From an archaeon (lineage in GTDB: Archaea; Nanobdellota; Nanobdellia; Pacearchaeales; GW2011-AR1): a stretch of DNA of 38,623 bases. Made by a program: the position numbers and the translations under genes. Below the pieces are notes generated by a model. It was not told the origin of the DNA, made no database searches, and saw only the letters and a list, made by a program, of their open reading frames with translations. Location: assembly GCA_030639065.1 (NCBI GenBank), contig DAOWDJ010000008.1, forward strand, positions 1 to 38,623, read 5' to 3'. Shown piece after piece: positions 8,024 to 16,203 of the stretch. How positions within the stretch are numbered: the stretch's first letter is position 1; every line of letters begins with the position of its first letter.

Positions 8024-9877
8024 TTAATCTTTCTTTTTATCTTCTTCGTTGTCTGCCTTTTTATCGTCAGACTCGTCATCGACTACTTCTGCATCAACTA
8101 TTTTTTCATCAGGATTTTTTTCATCGGACTCTTCTTTCTTTGATGCTTCTTCTGCGGCCTGTTGATACATTTTAGTTCCTACTTCTTGAGATATTTTTTG
8201 AACTTCTTCTAATTTACTTTTGATTTTTTCTGTATCGTCTTCTTTGATAAGTTCTTTTAATTCTCCCAATTCTTTTTCGATTTTTTCTTTAGTTTCTTCG
8301 TCGATTTTTTCTTTATGTTCTTCTAACATTTTCTCGGTAGAATAAACTAAAGATTCCGCGTTATTTTTGATTTCTATTTTTTCTTTCTTTTTTGAATCTT
8401 CTTCTTTGAATTTTTCAGCATCTTGGACCATTTTTTCTATTTCATCTTTGCTTAATCCAGAGCCACCTGTAATTGTTATTTTTTGTTCTTTGCCTGTTCC
8501 TAAATCTTTTGCAGACACGTTTACGATTCCGTTAGCGTCGATGTCGAATGTAACCTCTATTTGGGGAACTCCTCGAGGGGCTGGTGGGATTCCTACTAGG
8601 TCGAAATTTCCTAACGATTTGTTGTCTGCTGCCATTTCCCTTTCACCTTGTAAAACATTTATTGTTACAGCTGGTTGGTTGTCTGCTGCTGTGGAAAATG
8701 TCTGGCTCTTTTTTGTTGGGATAGTGGTATTTTTTTCAATCAGTGGAGTTTTTATTCCTCCAAGAGTTTCAATTCCTAAAGTCAGTGGGGTAACGTCTAA
8801 TAGTAAAACATCTTTCACGTCCCCGCCTATAATTCCTCCCTGGATAGCGGCACCTAGCGATACAGCCTCGTCGGGATGAATAGATTTGTCTGAATCTTGT
8901 TTTGTTATTTCTTTAATAATTTCTTGGACTTTTGGAATTCTTGTGCTTCCACCAACTAAAATAATCTTATCAATTTTATCTAATTTTGAGTCTTTTATCG
9001 CTTGTTTTGTTGGAGCTTTTAATTTCTCGAAAATTGGCAAACAAATTTCTTCGAACTTGGCTCTTGTTAAACTTATGTCTAAATGTTTTGGTCCGGTTTG
9101 GTCTGCAGTTATATATGGTATGTTTATTTTTGTTTGCTGTGTTGAACTTAATTCTATTTTTGCTTTTTCTGCTGCATCTTTTAATCTTTGTAGCGCAACT
9201 AAATCTTCTCTAATGTCGAACCCGTATTCTTTTTTGAATTCTTTAGCTAGGTAATCAATAATTACTTCGTCAATGTCGTCTCCGCCTAAATGGTTGTTTC
9301 CGCTGGTGGATTTAACTTCGAATACTCCGTCGCCTAATTCTAAAACGGAAACGTCGAAAGTTCCTCCGCCGAAATCGAAAACTAGTATTGAATGTTCGTT
9401 TGATTTTTCTAAGCCGTAAGCCAATGCTGCTGCCGTAGGTTCGTTTACAATTCTTTTGACGTCCAATCCTGCTATGGCTCCTGCGTCTTTTGTCGCTTGT
9501 CTTTGAGCGTCTTCGAAATAAGCTGGAACAGTTATTACAGCTTCTTTAACTTCATGCCCTAAATAATCTTCTGCGTCTTTCTTTAATTTTTGTAATATCA
9601 TTGCAGAAATTTGCTCTGGAGTATATTCTTTTCCATCAACTTTTGTTTTGTCTTTCTTTCCCATTGATCTTTTTATACTTCTAATTGTATTTTTAGGATT
9701 TACAACAGCTTGTCTCCTTGCGATTTCTCCCACTAAAACTTCGCCATCTTTAATTGAAATTACACTTGGGGTTGTGTTGTTTCCTTCTGAGTTTGGAATA
9801 ATTTTTGGCTTTCCACCTTCAAGTACACTCACCGCTGAGAATGTCGTCCCTAAATCGATTCCTATAATTTTACTCAT
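8024..9877 (-). CDS. dnaK: Chaperone DnaK (Hsp70)
   Basis: [16 protein letters not shown] and VGGSTRIP signatures, with an acidic/lysine-rich C-terminus. Confidence 0.97.
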   Translation of the reverse strand: MSKIIGIDLGTTFSAVSVLEGGKPKIIPNSEGNNTTPSVISIKDGEVLVGEIARRQAVVNPKNTIRSIKRSMGKKDKTKVDGKEYTPEQISAMILQKLKKDAEDYLGHEVKEAVITVPAYFEDAQRQATKDAGAIAGLDVKRIVNEPTAAALAYGLEKSNEHSILVFDFGGGTFDVSVLELGDGVFEVKSTSGNNHLGGDDIDEVIIDYLAKEFKKEYGFDIREDLVALQRLKDAAEKAKIELSSTQQTKINIPYITADQTGPKHLDISLTRAKFEEICLPIFEKLKAPTKQAIKDSKLDKIDKIILVGGSTRIPKVQEIIKEITKQDSDKSIHPDEAVSLGAAIQGGIIGGDVKDVLLLDVTPLTLGIETLGGIKTPLIEKNTTIPTKKSQTFSTAADNQPAVTINVLQGEREMAADNKSLGNFDLVGIPPAPRGVPQIEVTFDIDANGIVNVSAKDLGTGKEQKITITGGSGLSKDEIEKMVQDAEKFKEEDSKKKEKIEIKNNAESLVYSTEKMLEEHKEKIDEETKEKIEKELGELKELIKEDDTEKIKSKLEEVQKISQEVGTKMYQQAAEEASKKEESDEKNPDEKIVDAEVVDDESDDKKADNEEDKKKD

Positions 9878-10304
9878 TTTTGTTTTCCATTATTTTAGTA
9901 ATTTTAACTTTTGAAGCCCTTATAACTTTATCGTTTAGCATGTAGCCTTTTTGAAGTTCCTCGATTATTTTTCCGTTTTCTTTTCCTTCTTCTTGTATTA
10001 ATGCTTCGTGAAATTCTGGGTTGAATTTTCCTTCAGTCTTAATTATTTTTAATCCTTCGCTTTCTAGAATAGAGTATAGTTCGGAGTAAATCATATTTAT
10101 TCCTTTGTCGTCTAGGTGTTTCATAGCTAGTTCGAAATTGTCTAGGATTCCTAATAGTTTGATTATTAGCTCTTCGTTGGCGTTTTTGAAAATATCGCTT
10201 CTTTCTTTTTCTGTTCTTTTTCTAAAATTCTCGAATTCTGCCTGCAATCTTTGTAATTGTTCGAGATAATTGTCGTTTTTTTCTTCTTTCTTTTCTTTTG
10301 TCAT
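9870..10304 (-). CDS. grpE: Nucleotide exchange factor GrpE
   Basis: Coiled-coil N-terminus with [11 protein letters not shown]. The C-terminal part (H.A......G.I.E..QKGY.L.DKVIR...V) matches GrpE. Overlaps the dnaK start by 8 nt. Confidence 0.9.
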   Translation of the reverse strand: MTKEKKEEKNDNYLEQLQRLQAEFENFRKRTEKERSDIFKNANEELIIKLLGILDNFELAMKHLDDKGINMIYSELYSILESEGLKIIKTEGKFNPEFHEALIQEEGKENGKIIEELQKGYMLNDKVIRASKVKITKIMENKNE

Positions 10305-10314
10305 TTTGTATTTG

Positions 10315-10331
10315 GTTGAGTTTAACTCAAC
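10315..10331. promoter_or_regulatory. 17-bp perfect palindrome GTTGAGTT-T-AACTCAAC in the grpE/HTH divergent promoter (candidate operator)
   Basis: All 8 arm positions pair. It lies 11 nt upstream of the grpE ATG (10304), between a TTTAAATA TATA-like element (about 10353-10362) and the start. Confidence 0.4.
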
Positions 10332-10382
10332 AAGTTTACTTTAAATCAACAGGTATTTAAAGCTTTCTGTGCTTTAATTCGT

Positions 10383-10775
10383 ATGGAATATTTGAAAGAG
10401 ATAAGAATTCTTAATTTGAAACCTTTGCGGGAACAGCCTCTTAACGAGGAGATACAGTGGCTCTCTAACTGTCTTGGGATGTTTAATAAGAGAGATAAGG
10501 AGAAATCTTGTTTTAGGATTTTTATTCATTTGCTGGAGGAGAGGGGTTCTCTTTCGTCGGAACAACTTGCACAACGTTCTAATTTGTCGAGAGCTACAGT
10601 GATACATCATATTTCTAGACTTATGGATTCTGGGTTGGTTACAAAAAAGCAGAGTGGATATTTTTTGAGGTTTGATAGCTTAGAAGATTTGATAAAAGAT
10701 GTTGAGAAAGAAGTTGCATCGACGTTTAGTCGGTTGAAAGAAATTTCTAGAAGGATAGATGAAGAGATGGAGTGA
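10383..10775 (+). CDS. Winged-helix (ArsR-like) transcriptional regulator, divergent from the hsp70 operon
   Basis: HTH segment LSSEQLAQRSNLSRATVIHHISRLMDSGLV. Small size, with a coiled C-terminus. Confidence 0.65.
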   Translation: MEYLKEIRILNLKPLREQPLNEEIQWLSNCLGMFNKRDKEKSCFRIFIHLLEERGSLSSEQLAQRSNLSRATVIHHISRLMDSGLVTKKQSGYFLRFDSLEDLIKDVEKEVASTFSRLKEISRRIDEEME

Positions 10776-10777
10776 TA

Positions 10778-11548
10778 TTAATAGTCCATTTCTTCAAGAT
10801 CTTGTTTTTTTGCTTTAGCTACTTCTTGCTTTAATTGTTGAATTGTGTTTTTGTATTTATTCATCTCATAATAGAGAGTGTGTATCTTGGTCTCACTTTT
10901 TTTACTTTCACCAGAGATTTTAAATAAAAAGCTTTTGTTGTATCTCAATCTTCCTAATTTTTCATTCCCTTCTTTCATGATGTCTTCAAACTTTTTAATT
11001 AAGTCTTCTGCTTCTCCAATATTCCTAGGGAAATAAGCTATCTCTTTGATTGTATTAGCTACTGCAGTATTATATTTTTTCTTTGTTAATTTAATCTCTT
11101 TTTCAATTCTAATAATCTTGTCTTTAATATTTCTAAATGCTGACTTGGTTTGATATTTCGGATATTTGTCCATAACTTTCATCATAGATGCGAATTTTAC
11201 CTCTTGGTCTCCATGTTTTGTTTCTTGTTTAATTTTAGCGCCAGCTCCAGATTGGTTTTTGGATATCTCCTTATACATTGTTGTTGTTTCTTTCCATAAA
11301 GTTCCTTCGTGTCCCTGTTCTCTTTTGAGAAGATTTCCTAAGGCCTCATATGCACCTTCTCGCTCCTCTTCATCTGCCATGATATCTTTTTTGCATTTCT
11401 GTATATCCGCCATGCCACTTTTGAACTTGTGATTCATCTTGTAAAGCCAATGTATTTTGTCTGCAACAGCCTTATGTGCCCAATCAAGAGCATCCTGATG
11501 TTCTTTTTTTATTGCAAGTGCGTCTTTTTTTCCAGTTATATCAACCAT
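10778..11548 (-). CDS. LemA-like protein lacking the usual N-terminal TM anchor, with a C-terminal coiled-coil extension
   Basis: YPKYQTKSAFRNIKDKIIRIEKEIKLTKKKYNTAVANTIKEIAYFPRNI matches the LemA core pattern YP.LkA...F..Lq..L...EnrI..aR..YN.aV..yN..i..FP.N. There is no hydrophobic N-terminus. Confidence 0.5.
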   Translation of the reverse strand: MVDITGKKDALAIKKEHQDALDWAHKAVADKIHWLYKMNHKFKSGMADIQKCKKDIMADEEEREGAYEALGNLLKREQGHEGTLWKETTTMYKEISKNQSGAGAKIKQETKHGDQEVKFASMMKVMDKYPKYQTKSAFRNIKDKIIRIEKEIKLTKKKYNTAVANTIKEIAYFPRNIGEAEDLIKKFEDIMKEGNEKLGRLRYNKSFLFKISGESKKSETKIHTLYYEMNKYKNTIQQLKQEVAKAKKQDLEEMDY

Positions 11549-11549
11549 A

Positions 11550-11717
11550 TTATTTAAAGAATTCCTTTTCTTTTAAATTCTTGGGTTTAATGTCTGCTTT
11601 GAAATATCTTACCATTTTCTTAATTGCTTCCTGTTTTGTTTTTAGATCGTTCACTAACTTGTAAATCTCTACAATTTTGCTTTCTTCCTTGTCTAAATCG
11701 ATTTGTATTTTTGTCAT
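11550..11717 (-). CDS. Small ribbon-helix-helix-like protein (55 aa, DUF2683-like); below the ORF-track size cutoff
   Basis: Hand translation: MTKIQIDLDKEESKIVEIYKLVNDLKTKQEAIKKMVRYFKADIKPKNLKEKEFFK*. The pattern beta-strand (IQIDLD), helix, KxEAI, helix is typical of RHH/antitoxin-like archaeal proteins. Its stop lies 1 nt before the LemA-like start. Confidence 0.45.
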   Translation of the reverse strand: MTKIQIDLDKEESKIVEIYKLVNDLKTKQEAIKKMVRYFKADIKPKNLKEKEFFK

Positions 11718-11738
11718 TTTTCATTATGTATCTTCATG

Positions 11739-11770
11739 TAACACTATGATACATAGAGATATAACACTAT
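11739..11770. promoter_or_regulatory. Two direct TAACACTAT repeats (23-nt spacing) between the TATA-like box and the RHH gene start; an 8-bp inverted repeat overlaps them
   Basis: taacactat occurs at 11739-11747 and 11762-11770. tatgtatc (11726-11733) and gatacata (11749-11756) form an inverted repeat. On the minus strand a catttatata TATA-like box sits at 11768-11777. Confidence 0.3.
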
Positions 11771-11813
11771 ATAAATGTTTCCATTATGAAATAGCTGGTA
11801 AAAATTGAAATCT

Positions 11814-14132
11814 CTACCCCGCATAACTTGCTGAAGAATTTGTAAGTGCGGCTTTTGCCGATTTGAGATATTGGGATTCGACTTGTTGGTATCTCTGTTG
11901 GTCTGCTTTTGAAACGGATGGCATGATTTTTTCCATTGCTTTGTCGAAGTGTTTTTTTGTTACTTTCTTTGTTTCAATATCTTCTCGGAGGGCGAGCATA
12001 GCGGCTTCTCTTGCTAGGGATTCTATGTCTGCCCCTGTATAGCCTTCTGTGTTTTTTGCAATTTCTTCAATATCTACAGATTTGTCGAGGGGCATATTTT
12101 CTGTATGGATTTTTAAAATTTGTAATCTACCTTCTTCTTCTGGAACTGGAACGTAAACTATTCGGTCGAAACGTCCTGGTCGCATTAGTGCGGGGTCTAA
12201 AATGTCTGGTCGGTTTGTAGCTGCGATAACGACCACATCTTTTAAATCTTCCATTCCATCTAATTCTGTTAGTAAAGTATTAATAAGGCTCTCATTGGAA
12301 TCATTAAAAGAGCCACTACCCCCCCTTCTTTTTGCAAAACTATCTAATTCATCTATAAAAATAATTGAAGGCGAAACTTGTTTTGCTCTCTTAAACATTT
12401 TTCTTAGCCTTTCTGTTTCTTTTCCAACTATTCCTTCTTTTTGTAGTTCTGGTCCATTTAATCTTATAAAATTTGCTTCAGATTCGTTTGCGACCGCTTT
12501 AGCTAAAAGTGTTTTACCTGTTCCTGGAGGTCCGTATAAAAGAATCCCTTTTGGTGGAGTAATCCCTAATCTAATAAATGAATTTGGAAACTTTAATGGC
12601 CACTCTACCGCTTCTTTCAAATCCCTTTTTACATTATCTGCACCTCCTATATCATTCCAATTAATATTTGGTGTTTCCACAAGAACTTCCCGCATAGCAG
12701 AGGGTTGAACAAATTTCATTGCTTCGTCAAAATCTTCTTTCTTTATTTTAAGAGATTCCAATGCTTCTTGAGGAATCTCTTTATCTTCTTCCAGATTAAA
12801 TTTGTGCAAATTTCTTCTAAGAACTGACATAGCTGCTTCCCTTACTAATGCAGAAATATCTGCTCCTACAAACCCGTGTGTTTTTGTTGCAATTTCATTT
12901 AAATCTACAGTTTTAGTTAGAGGCACTCCTCTAGTATGAATTTTTAAAATTTGTAGTCTGCCCTCTTTATTGGGAACATTAATTTCTATTTCTCTATCAA
13001 ATCTTCCTGGACGCCTTAATGCAGAGTCTATTGTGTCTGGCCGGTTTGTCGCAGCCATAACTACTACTTTTCCTCTTGATTGTAATCCGTCCATCATTGT
13101 TAATAGTTGTGAAACTACTCTCCTCTCAACTTCCCCAGATCCAATATTACTATCTCTACTTGGAGCTACGGCATCTAGTTCGTCTATAAAAATTATAGAA
13201 GGTGCATTTTTTTCTGCCTCGCTAAATATTTCTCTGATTTTTTTCTCTGATTCTCCATAAAATTTGTTGAATATTTCTGGTCCATTTATTGTTATGAAAT
13301 GTGCTTCAGATTCGTTTGCGACCGCTTTAGCTAAAAGTGTTTTACCTGTTCCTGGAGGTCCGTATAAAAGAATCCCTTTTGGTGGAGTAATCCCAAGGCG
13401 CATAAAGATTTCTGGACGCTTTAGTGGAAGTTCAACCATTTCTCTAACTTTTTTTACTTCATTGGTTAGTCCGCCAATATCTTCATAAGTTATTGATGGA
13501 ATTGATTCTTCTGATATTTCTACTGCTTTTGGGCTTAGTGTTATTTCTGTATTCTCTGCAATAATACAGGGCTGGCTTGGTGTCGTCGATACTATCACGA
13601 AACGAATTTGAGTTAGTCCTCCCGGCATTCCTCCAAATCCCATCTGGTTAAAAATTTCTCCCATATCTCCTCCAAATAAATCTCCAAATCCGTCTGACAT
13701 TAAATCTTTTCTTCGTTGTGATCCGCCTATCACAACTATGTCTCCTTTTGCAACTGGCTTACCTAGAAGACCTCTTTTGAAATTATCTGGATTTCCCTGA
13801 ATCACTATTCCTTTTTGCGCTGGTGCAATTGTAACCTTTTTTGCCTCTCGAATTTCTCCTCTTCTAATTTGAACGTGCTCTCCAATTCCTGTTTTACAAT
13901 TTTTTCTCATAATTCCATCCATTCGAATTATTTCCTCCCCTCTATCTGCGGGATAGGCTTGGTCTACAATTGAATATGTCTCTCTGTCGCCTTTGATGGA
14001 AATAATATCTCCTCTTTCTAGTTCCAACTTTCTCATTAAATCCTGATCAATCCTAACTACCCCTTTATAGGCATCATCCTGTAGTGCCTCCACTACTCTA
14101 AGCTTTACGAAATTTTCTTGTTTTTTTGCCAT
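11814..14132 (-). CDS. cdc48: Cdc48/VCP-type AAA+ ATPase (N domain plus D1 and D2)
   Basis: N-terminal double-psi-barrel-like region (LRVVEA...GDIISI). Two AAA modules, each with GPPGTGKT (Walker A), IIFIDELD (Walker B) and RPGRFDR. Confidence 0.95.
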   Translation of the reverse strand: MAKKQENFVKLRVVEALQDDAYKGVVRIDQDLMRKLELERGDIISIKGDRETYSIVDQAYPADRGEEIIRMDGIMRKNCKTGIGEHVQIRRGEIREAKKVTIAPAQKGIVIQGNPDNFKRGLLGKPVAKGDIVVIGGSQRRKDLMSDGFGDLFGGDMGEIFNQMGFGGMPGGLTQIRFVIVSTTPSQPCIIAENTEITLSPKAVEISEESIPSITYEDIGGLTNEVKKVREMVELPLKRPEIFMRLGITPPKGILLYGPPGTGKTLLAKAVANESEAHFITINGPEIFNKFYGESEKKIREIFSEAEKNAPSIIFIDELDAVAPSRDSNIGSGEVERRVVSQLLTMMDGLQSRGKVVVMAATNRPDTIDSALRRPGRFDREIEINVPNKEGRLQILKIHTRGVPLTKTVDLNEIATKTHGFVGADISALVREAAMSVLRRNLHKFNLEEDKEIPQEALESLKIKKEDFDEAMKFVQPSAMREVLVETPNINWNDIGGADNVKRDLKEAVEWPLKFPNSFIRLGITPPKGILLYGPPGTGKTLLAKAVANESEANFIRLNGPELQKEGIVGKETERLRKMFKRAKQVSPSIIFIDELDSFAKRRGGSGSFNDSNESLINTLLTELDGMEDLKDVVVIAATNRPDILDPALMRPGRFDRIVYVPVPEEEGRLQILKIHTENMPLDKSVDIEEIAKNTEGYTGADIESLAREAAMLALREDIETKKVTKKHFDKAMEKIMPSVSKADQQRYQQVESQYLKSAKAALTNSSASYAG
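12474..12566. repeat. 93-nt perfect intragenic repeat, copy in the D2 Walker-A region of cdc48
   Basis: Identical nucleotide for nucleotide to 13302-13394. Encodes [31 protein letters not shown]. Confidence 0.9.
13302..13394. repeat. 93-nt perfect intragenic repeat, copy in the D1 Walker-A region of cdc48
   Basis: Identical to 12474-12566. The offset is 828 nt, which is in frame. Confidence 0.9.
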
Positions 14133-14210
14133 TTGAAATTTGATGAGTTTCTATATTATAAGCTAATCATGTTATTTATATGTTTTTCTTATTTGCTTTA
14201 TATAGGTAGC

Positions 14211-14471
14211 CTATAATTCAAATTCGTCAATAAAATTTATTATTGTAGAATATCTTTCTAGATATTTAGAACCTTTTTCTGCTAAGGTAATTTTTTTGCT
14301 CTTACCATAAGTTTCTTTTATAAAATCTTTATCTAACAGTTCTAAATAATACCCTTTAAATCTCGAAGAAGAAAGATTTGACTTTCTAAGTAAGGGAGTT
14401 GGGCTTATCGAGTGATTCTCTTGGATAATCTTTAAAATATCTCTTATTATTTCTAGTTTGTTTCTTTTCAT
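14211..14471 (-). CDS. Small winged-helix DNA-binding protein (HTH_45-like)
   Basis: RNKLEIIRDILKII...PTPLLRKSNLSSSRFKGYYLELLDKDFI...ITLAEKGSKYLE matches the archaeal wHTH pattern. Sits 3 nt downstream of the preceding membrane-protein gene. Confidence 0.6.
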   Translation of the reverse strand: MKRNKLEIIRDILKIIQENHSISPTPLLRKSNLSSSRFKGYYLELLDKDFIKETYGKSKKITLAEKGSKYLERYSTIINFIDEFEL

Positions 14472-14474
14472 TAG

Positions 14475-15167
14475 TTAACCTGTTTTTTTAATAACTTTAT
14501 ATAAAATTGATAGAAATATTCCTAGGGAAATTAGATAAATAAATAATTGTGACGTGATTAGGAAGCTGGGAATTAATACGTCCAGAATATTGAAAATCCA
14601 GAATATTAAAAGTAATAAATATATAATATAAAGATTATGTGATGATTTTTTCTTTGACTGCCTATGGGAAATATAAACCGTAAACGAAATGAAAACAAAG
14701 AGTAAAATATTTATTGAAAAATAAACGATATTATTTTTAAATAAAGAAATCGTCGTCGCTATAATAAGTGCGGCTACATGAAACAGAGCTGGTGATTTGT
14801 CTTTCCATTTTTTCCACATCACGCTATAGAAAAGATAAAAAATAGCTATCGAGCTAAAATACATAAAGAAAAATAAAGTTATGTTTCCAAAAACTGGGAG
14901 GATTGTTCTGATTTCTGCAGAGTCAAAATAAAATAAAACAAGTTTTATGAAAGACCGTGAAAAATAAGCAAATGCGAAAAATAAAAAAGATAGTCTAAAG
15001 TATTTTATCCCTTTATGAGAACTTAGTTTGTATAATTCTCTTGTGCTAAAATAAATCATCAAACTACAAAGAATTATCACGAAAGAGTAAATTATTTCGC
15101 TTCCAACTCCTATGTTCATCAGTCTTCCAAGACCCTGTCCTACTACTTTTCCAGTCATTAATACCAT
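14475..15167 (-). CDS. Polytopic membrane protein (about 7 TM), function unknown
   Basis: 230 aa, hydrophobic throughout. First gene of a two-gene unit with the wHTH protein. Confidence 0.6.
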   Translation of the reverse strand: MVLMTGKVVGQGLGRLMNIGVGSEIIYSFVIILCSLMIYFSTRELYKLSSHKGIKYFRLSFLFFAFAYFSRSFIKLVLFYFDSAEIRTILPVFGNITLFFFMYFSSIAIFYLFYSVMWKKWKDKSPALFHVAALIIATTISLFKNNIVYFSINILLFVFISFTVYISHRQSKKKSSHNLYIIYLLLLIFWIFNILDVLIPSFLITSQLFIYLISLGIFLSILYKVIKKTG

Positions 15168-15209
15168 TTTAGTATAAGATGACTGGAGTTTAAATATTTT
15201 TAAAAGGAG

Positions 15210-15238
15210 TGGATTTTACGTCCATCTTTTTTATAAAG
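15210..15238 (+). promoter_or_regulatory. Operator-like TGGAT-N5-GTCCA abutting a TTTTTTATAAAG TATA box (promoter of 15259 gene, in a divergent region)
   Basis: tggattttacgtcca at 15210-15224 and ttttttataaag at 15227-15238. The ATG follows about 20 nt later, implying a leaderless or near-leaderless mRNA. Confidence 0.4.
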
Positions 15239-15258
15239 GAAAATCTTTTAATTGGGCA

Positions 15259-15606
15259 ATGGACAAAATAGCAATTTTTGGATTAATAGTAATTGTAGGA
15301 ACTTTATTTGGGATTTTTGGATATTTATCTTACTTTGGGGCTGACGATCATGAACATGACGACGATCATATTCACGACCATTCAGTAGAAATTGAAGGAA
15401 GTGATATGAGATTATTGTCTGTTCAGGAAGTTGCAGATTTATGGGAAATCGACTCCGAAATTCTTTTGCAGGAAATAATCCGAGAATTTGATTTGCAAGG
15501 AAGTTATGACGTCAATTCTGTTTTAGAAGATATTCGAATGGAGTACGCATTCTCACCTGCGCTTATTAAAAATATGGCTGAAGAGATTAAGAATCCAGGA
15601 TTTTAA
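15259..15606 (+). CDS. Membrane-anchored protein with a His/Asp-rich (metal-binding-like) segment
   Basis: N-terminal TM helix, then DDHEHDDDHIHDH, then a soluble helical domain. Confidence 0.6.
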   Translation: MDKIAIFGLIVIVGTLFGIFGYLSYFGADDHEHDDDHIHDHSVEIEGSDMRLLSVQEVADLWEIDSEILLQEIIREFDLQGSYDVNSVLEDIRMEYAFSPALIKNMAEEIKNPGF

Positions 15607-15625
15607 GTCCACCTTTTTTATAAAG
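15597..15625 (+). promoter_or_regulatory. Second copy of the operator-plus-TATA module (AGGAT-N5-GTCCA plus TTTTTTATAAAG), promoter of 15671 gene
   Basis: aggattttaagtcca at 15597-15611 and ttttttataaag at 15614-15625. A GGAGG-like RBS precedes the ATG at 15671. Confidence 0.4.
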
Positions 15626-15670
15626 AGATTTTATTTTTAAATAATAACTAAATCAATGGAGGTAAAATAA

Positions 15671-16087
15671 ATGAAAAATAAGAAAATATTAAGTGTATTC
15701 GCTTTAGGAATGATTGCTCTTTTGGGAGTCGGCTTCGTTGCTGCTTATCAGGGTGATTATTCTGTGACTGGACCGAACTATTCGGAAGACAGACATGAGA
15801 CAATGGAACAGGCTTTTGCTGATCGTGACTATGTTGCATGGGCTGCTTTAATGGTTGGAAATGCGAAATCAAGAGTTATGGAGATTGTGAATGAGGTTAA
15901 TTTTGCTATATTTGCAGAGGCTCGTGAAGCTGGAAAGGCTGGTGATGCTGAATTGGCTGGTGAGCTTAGAGCTGAACTTGGCTTGAATAACGGAATGGAG
16001 CCTAAGGATGGAGCTAGTTTCGGAGATAGAAAAGAAATGAAACAGAGTTCAATGCAAGACAGAATGAGAAATCATTATCCAGAATAA
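15671..16087 (+). CDS. Secreted or membrane-anchored small protein, function unknown
   Basis: Signal-peptide-like N-terminus (KKILSVFALGMIALLGVGFVAA) followed by an Ala/Glu-rich helical region. Confidence 0.6.
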   Translation: MKNKKILSVFALGMIALLGVGFVAAYQGDYSVTGPNYSEDRHETMEQAFADRDYVAWAALMVGNAKSRVMEIVNEVNFAIFAEAREAGKAGDAELAGELRAELGLNNGMEPKDGASFGDRKEMKQSSMQDRMRNHYPE

Positions 16088-16104
16088 GGTTGAAAAACTA
16101 CTTA

Positions 16105-16112
16105 TTTTTTTT
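16105..16112 (+). terminator. Oligo-T (T8) tract, candidate archaeal terminator for the 15671-16087 gene
   Basis: A run of 8 T lies 18 nt after the stop codon. Archaeal RNAP is known to terminate at oligo-T. Confidence 0.3.
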
Positions 16113-16122
16113 AATTTAAAAA

Positions 16123-16137
16123 TGGACATTTGGTCCA
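16123..16137. promoter_or_regulatory. Third, best-formed copy of the palindrome (ATGGAC-N5-GTCCAT core)
   Basis: atggacatttggtccat (16122-16138) has perfect 6-bp arms and the same GTCCA half-site as 15210 and 15597. Confidence 0.35.
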
Positions 16138-16203
16138 TAGGATTTGAGTATTTTATTAAGGCGAACAAATATATACTCAAATGTATCAAATTTATAATAG
16201 AGG

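Noticed and set aside
8367-9914. Long antisense ORFs inside dnaK (8367-8879, 8886-9254, 8986-9213, 9648-9914). Similar shadow ORFs lie inside dnaJ, cdc48, metG, valS, aRF1, the methyltransferase and others.
   Set aside because: They lie opposite genes with unmistakable conserved motifs and have low-complexity Ser/Phe/Leu/Ile-rich translations. They are best explained as stop-codon-poor shadow frames opposite real coding sequence, and nothing about them suggests a recognisable protein.
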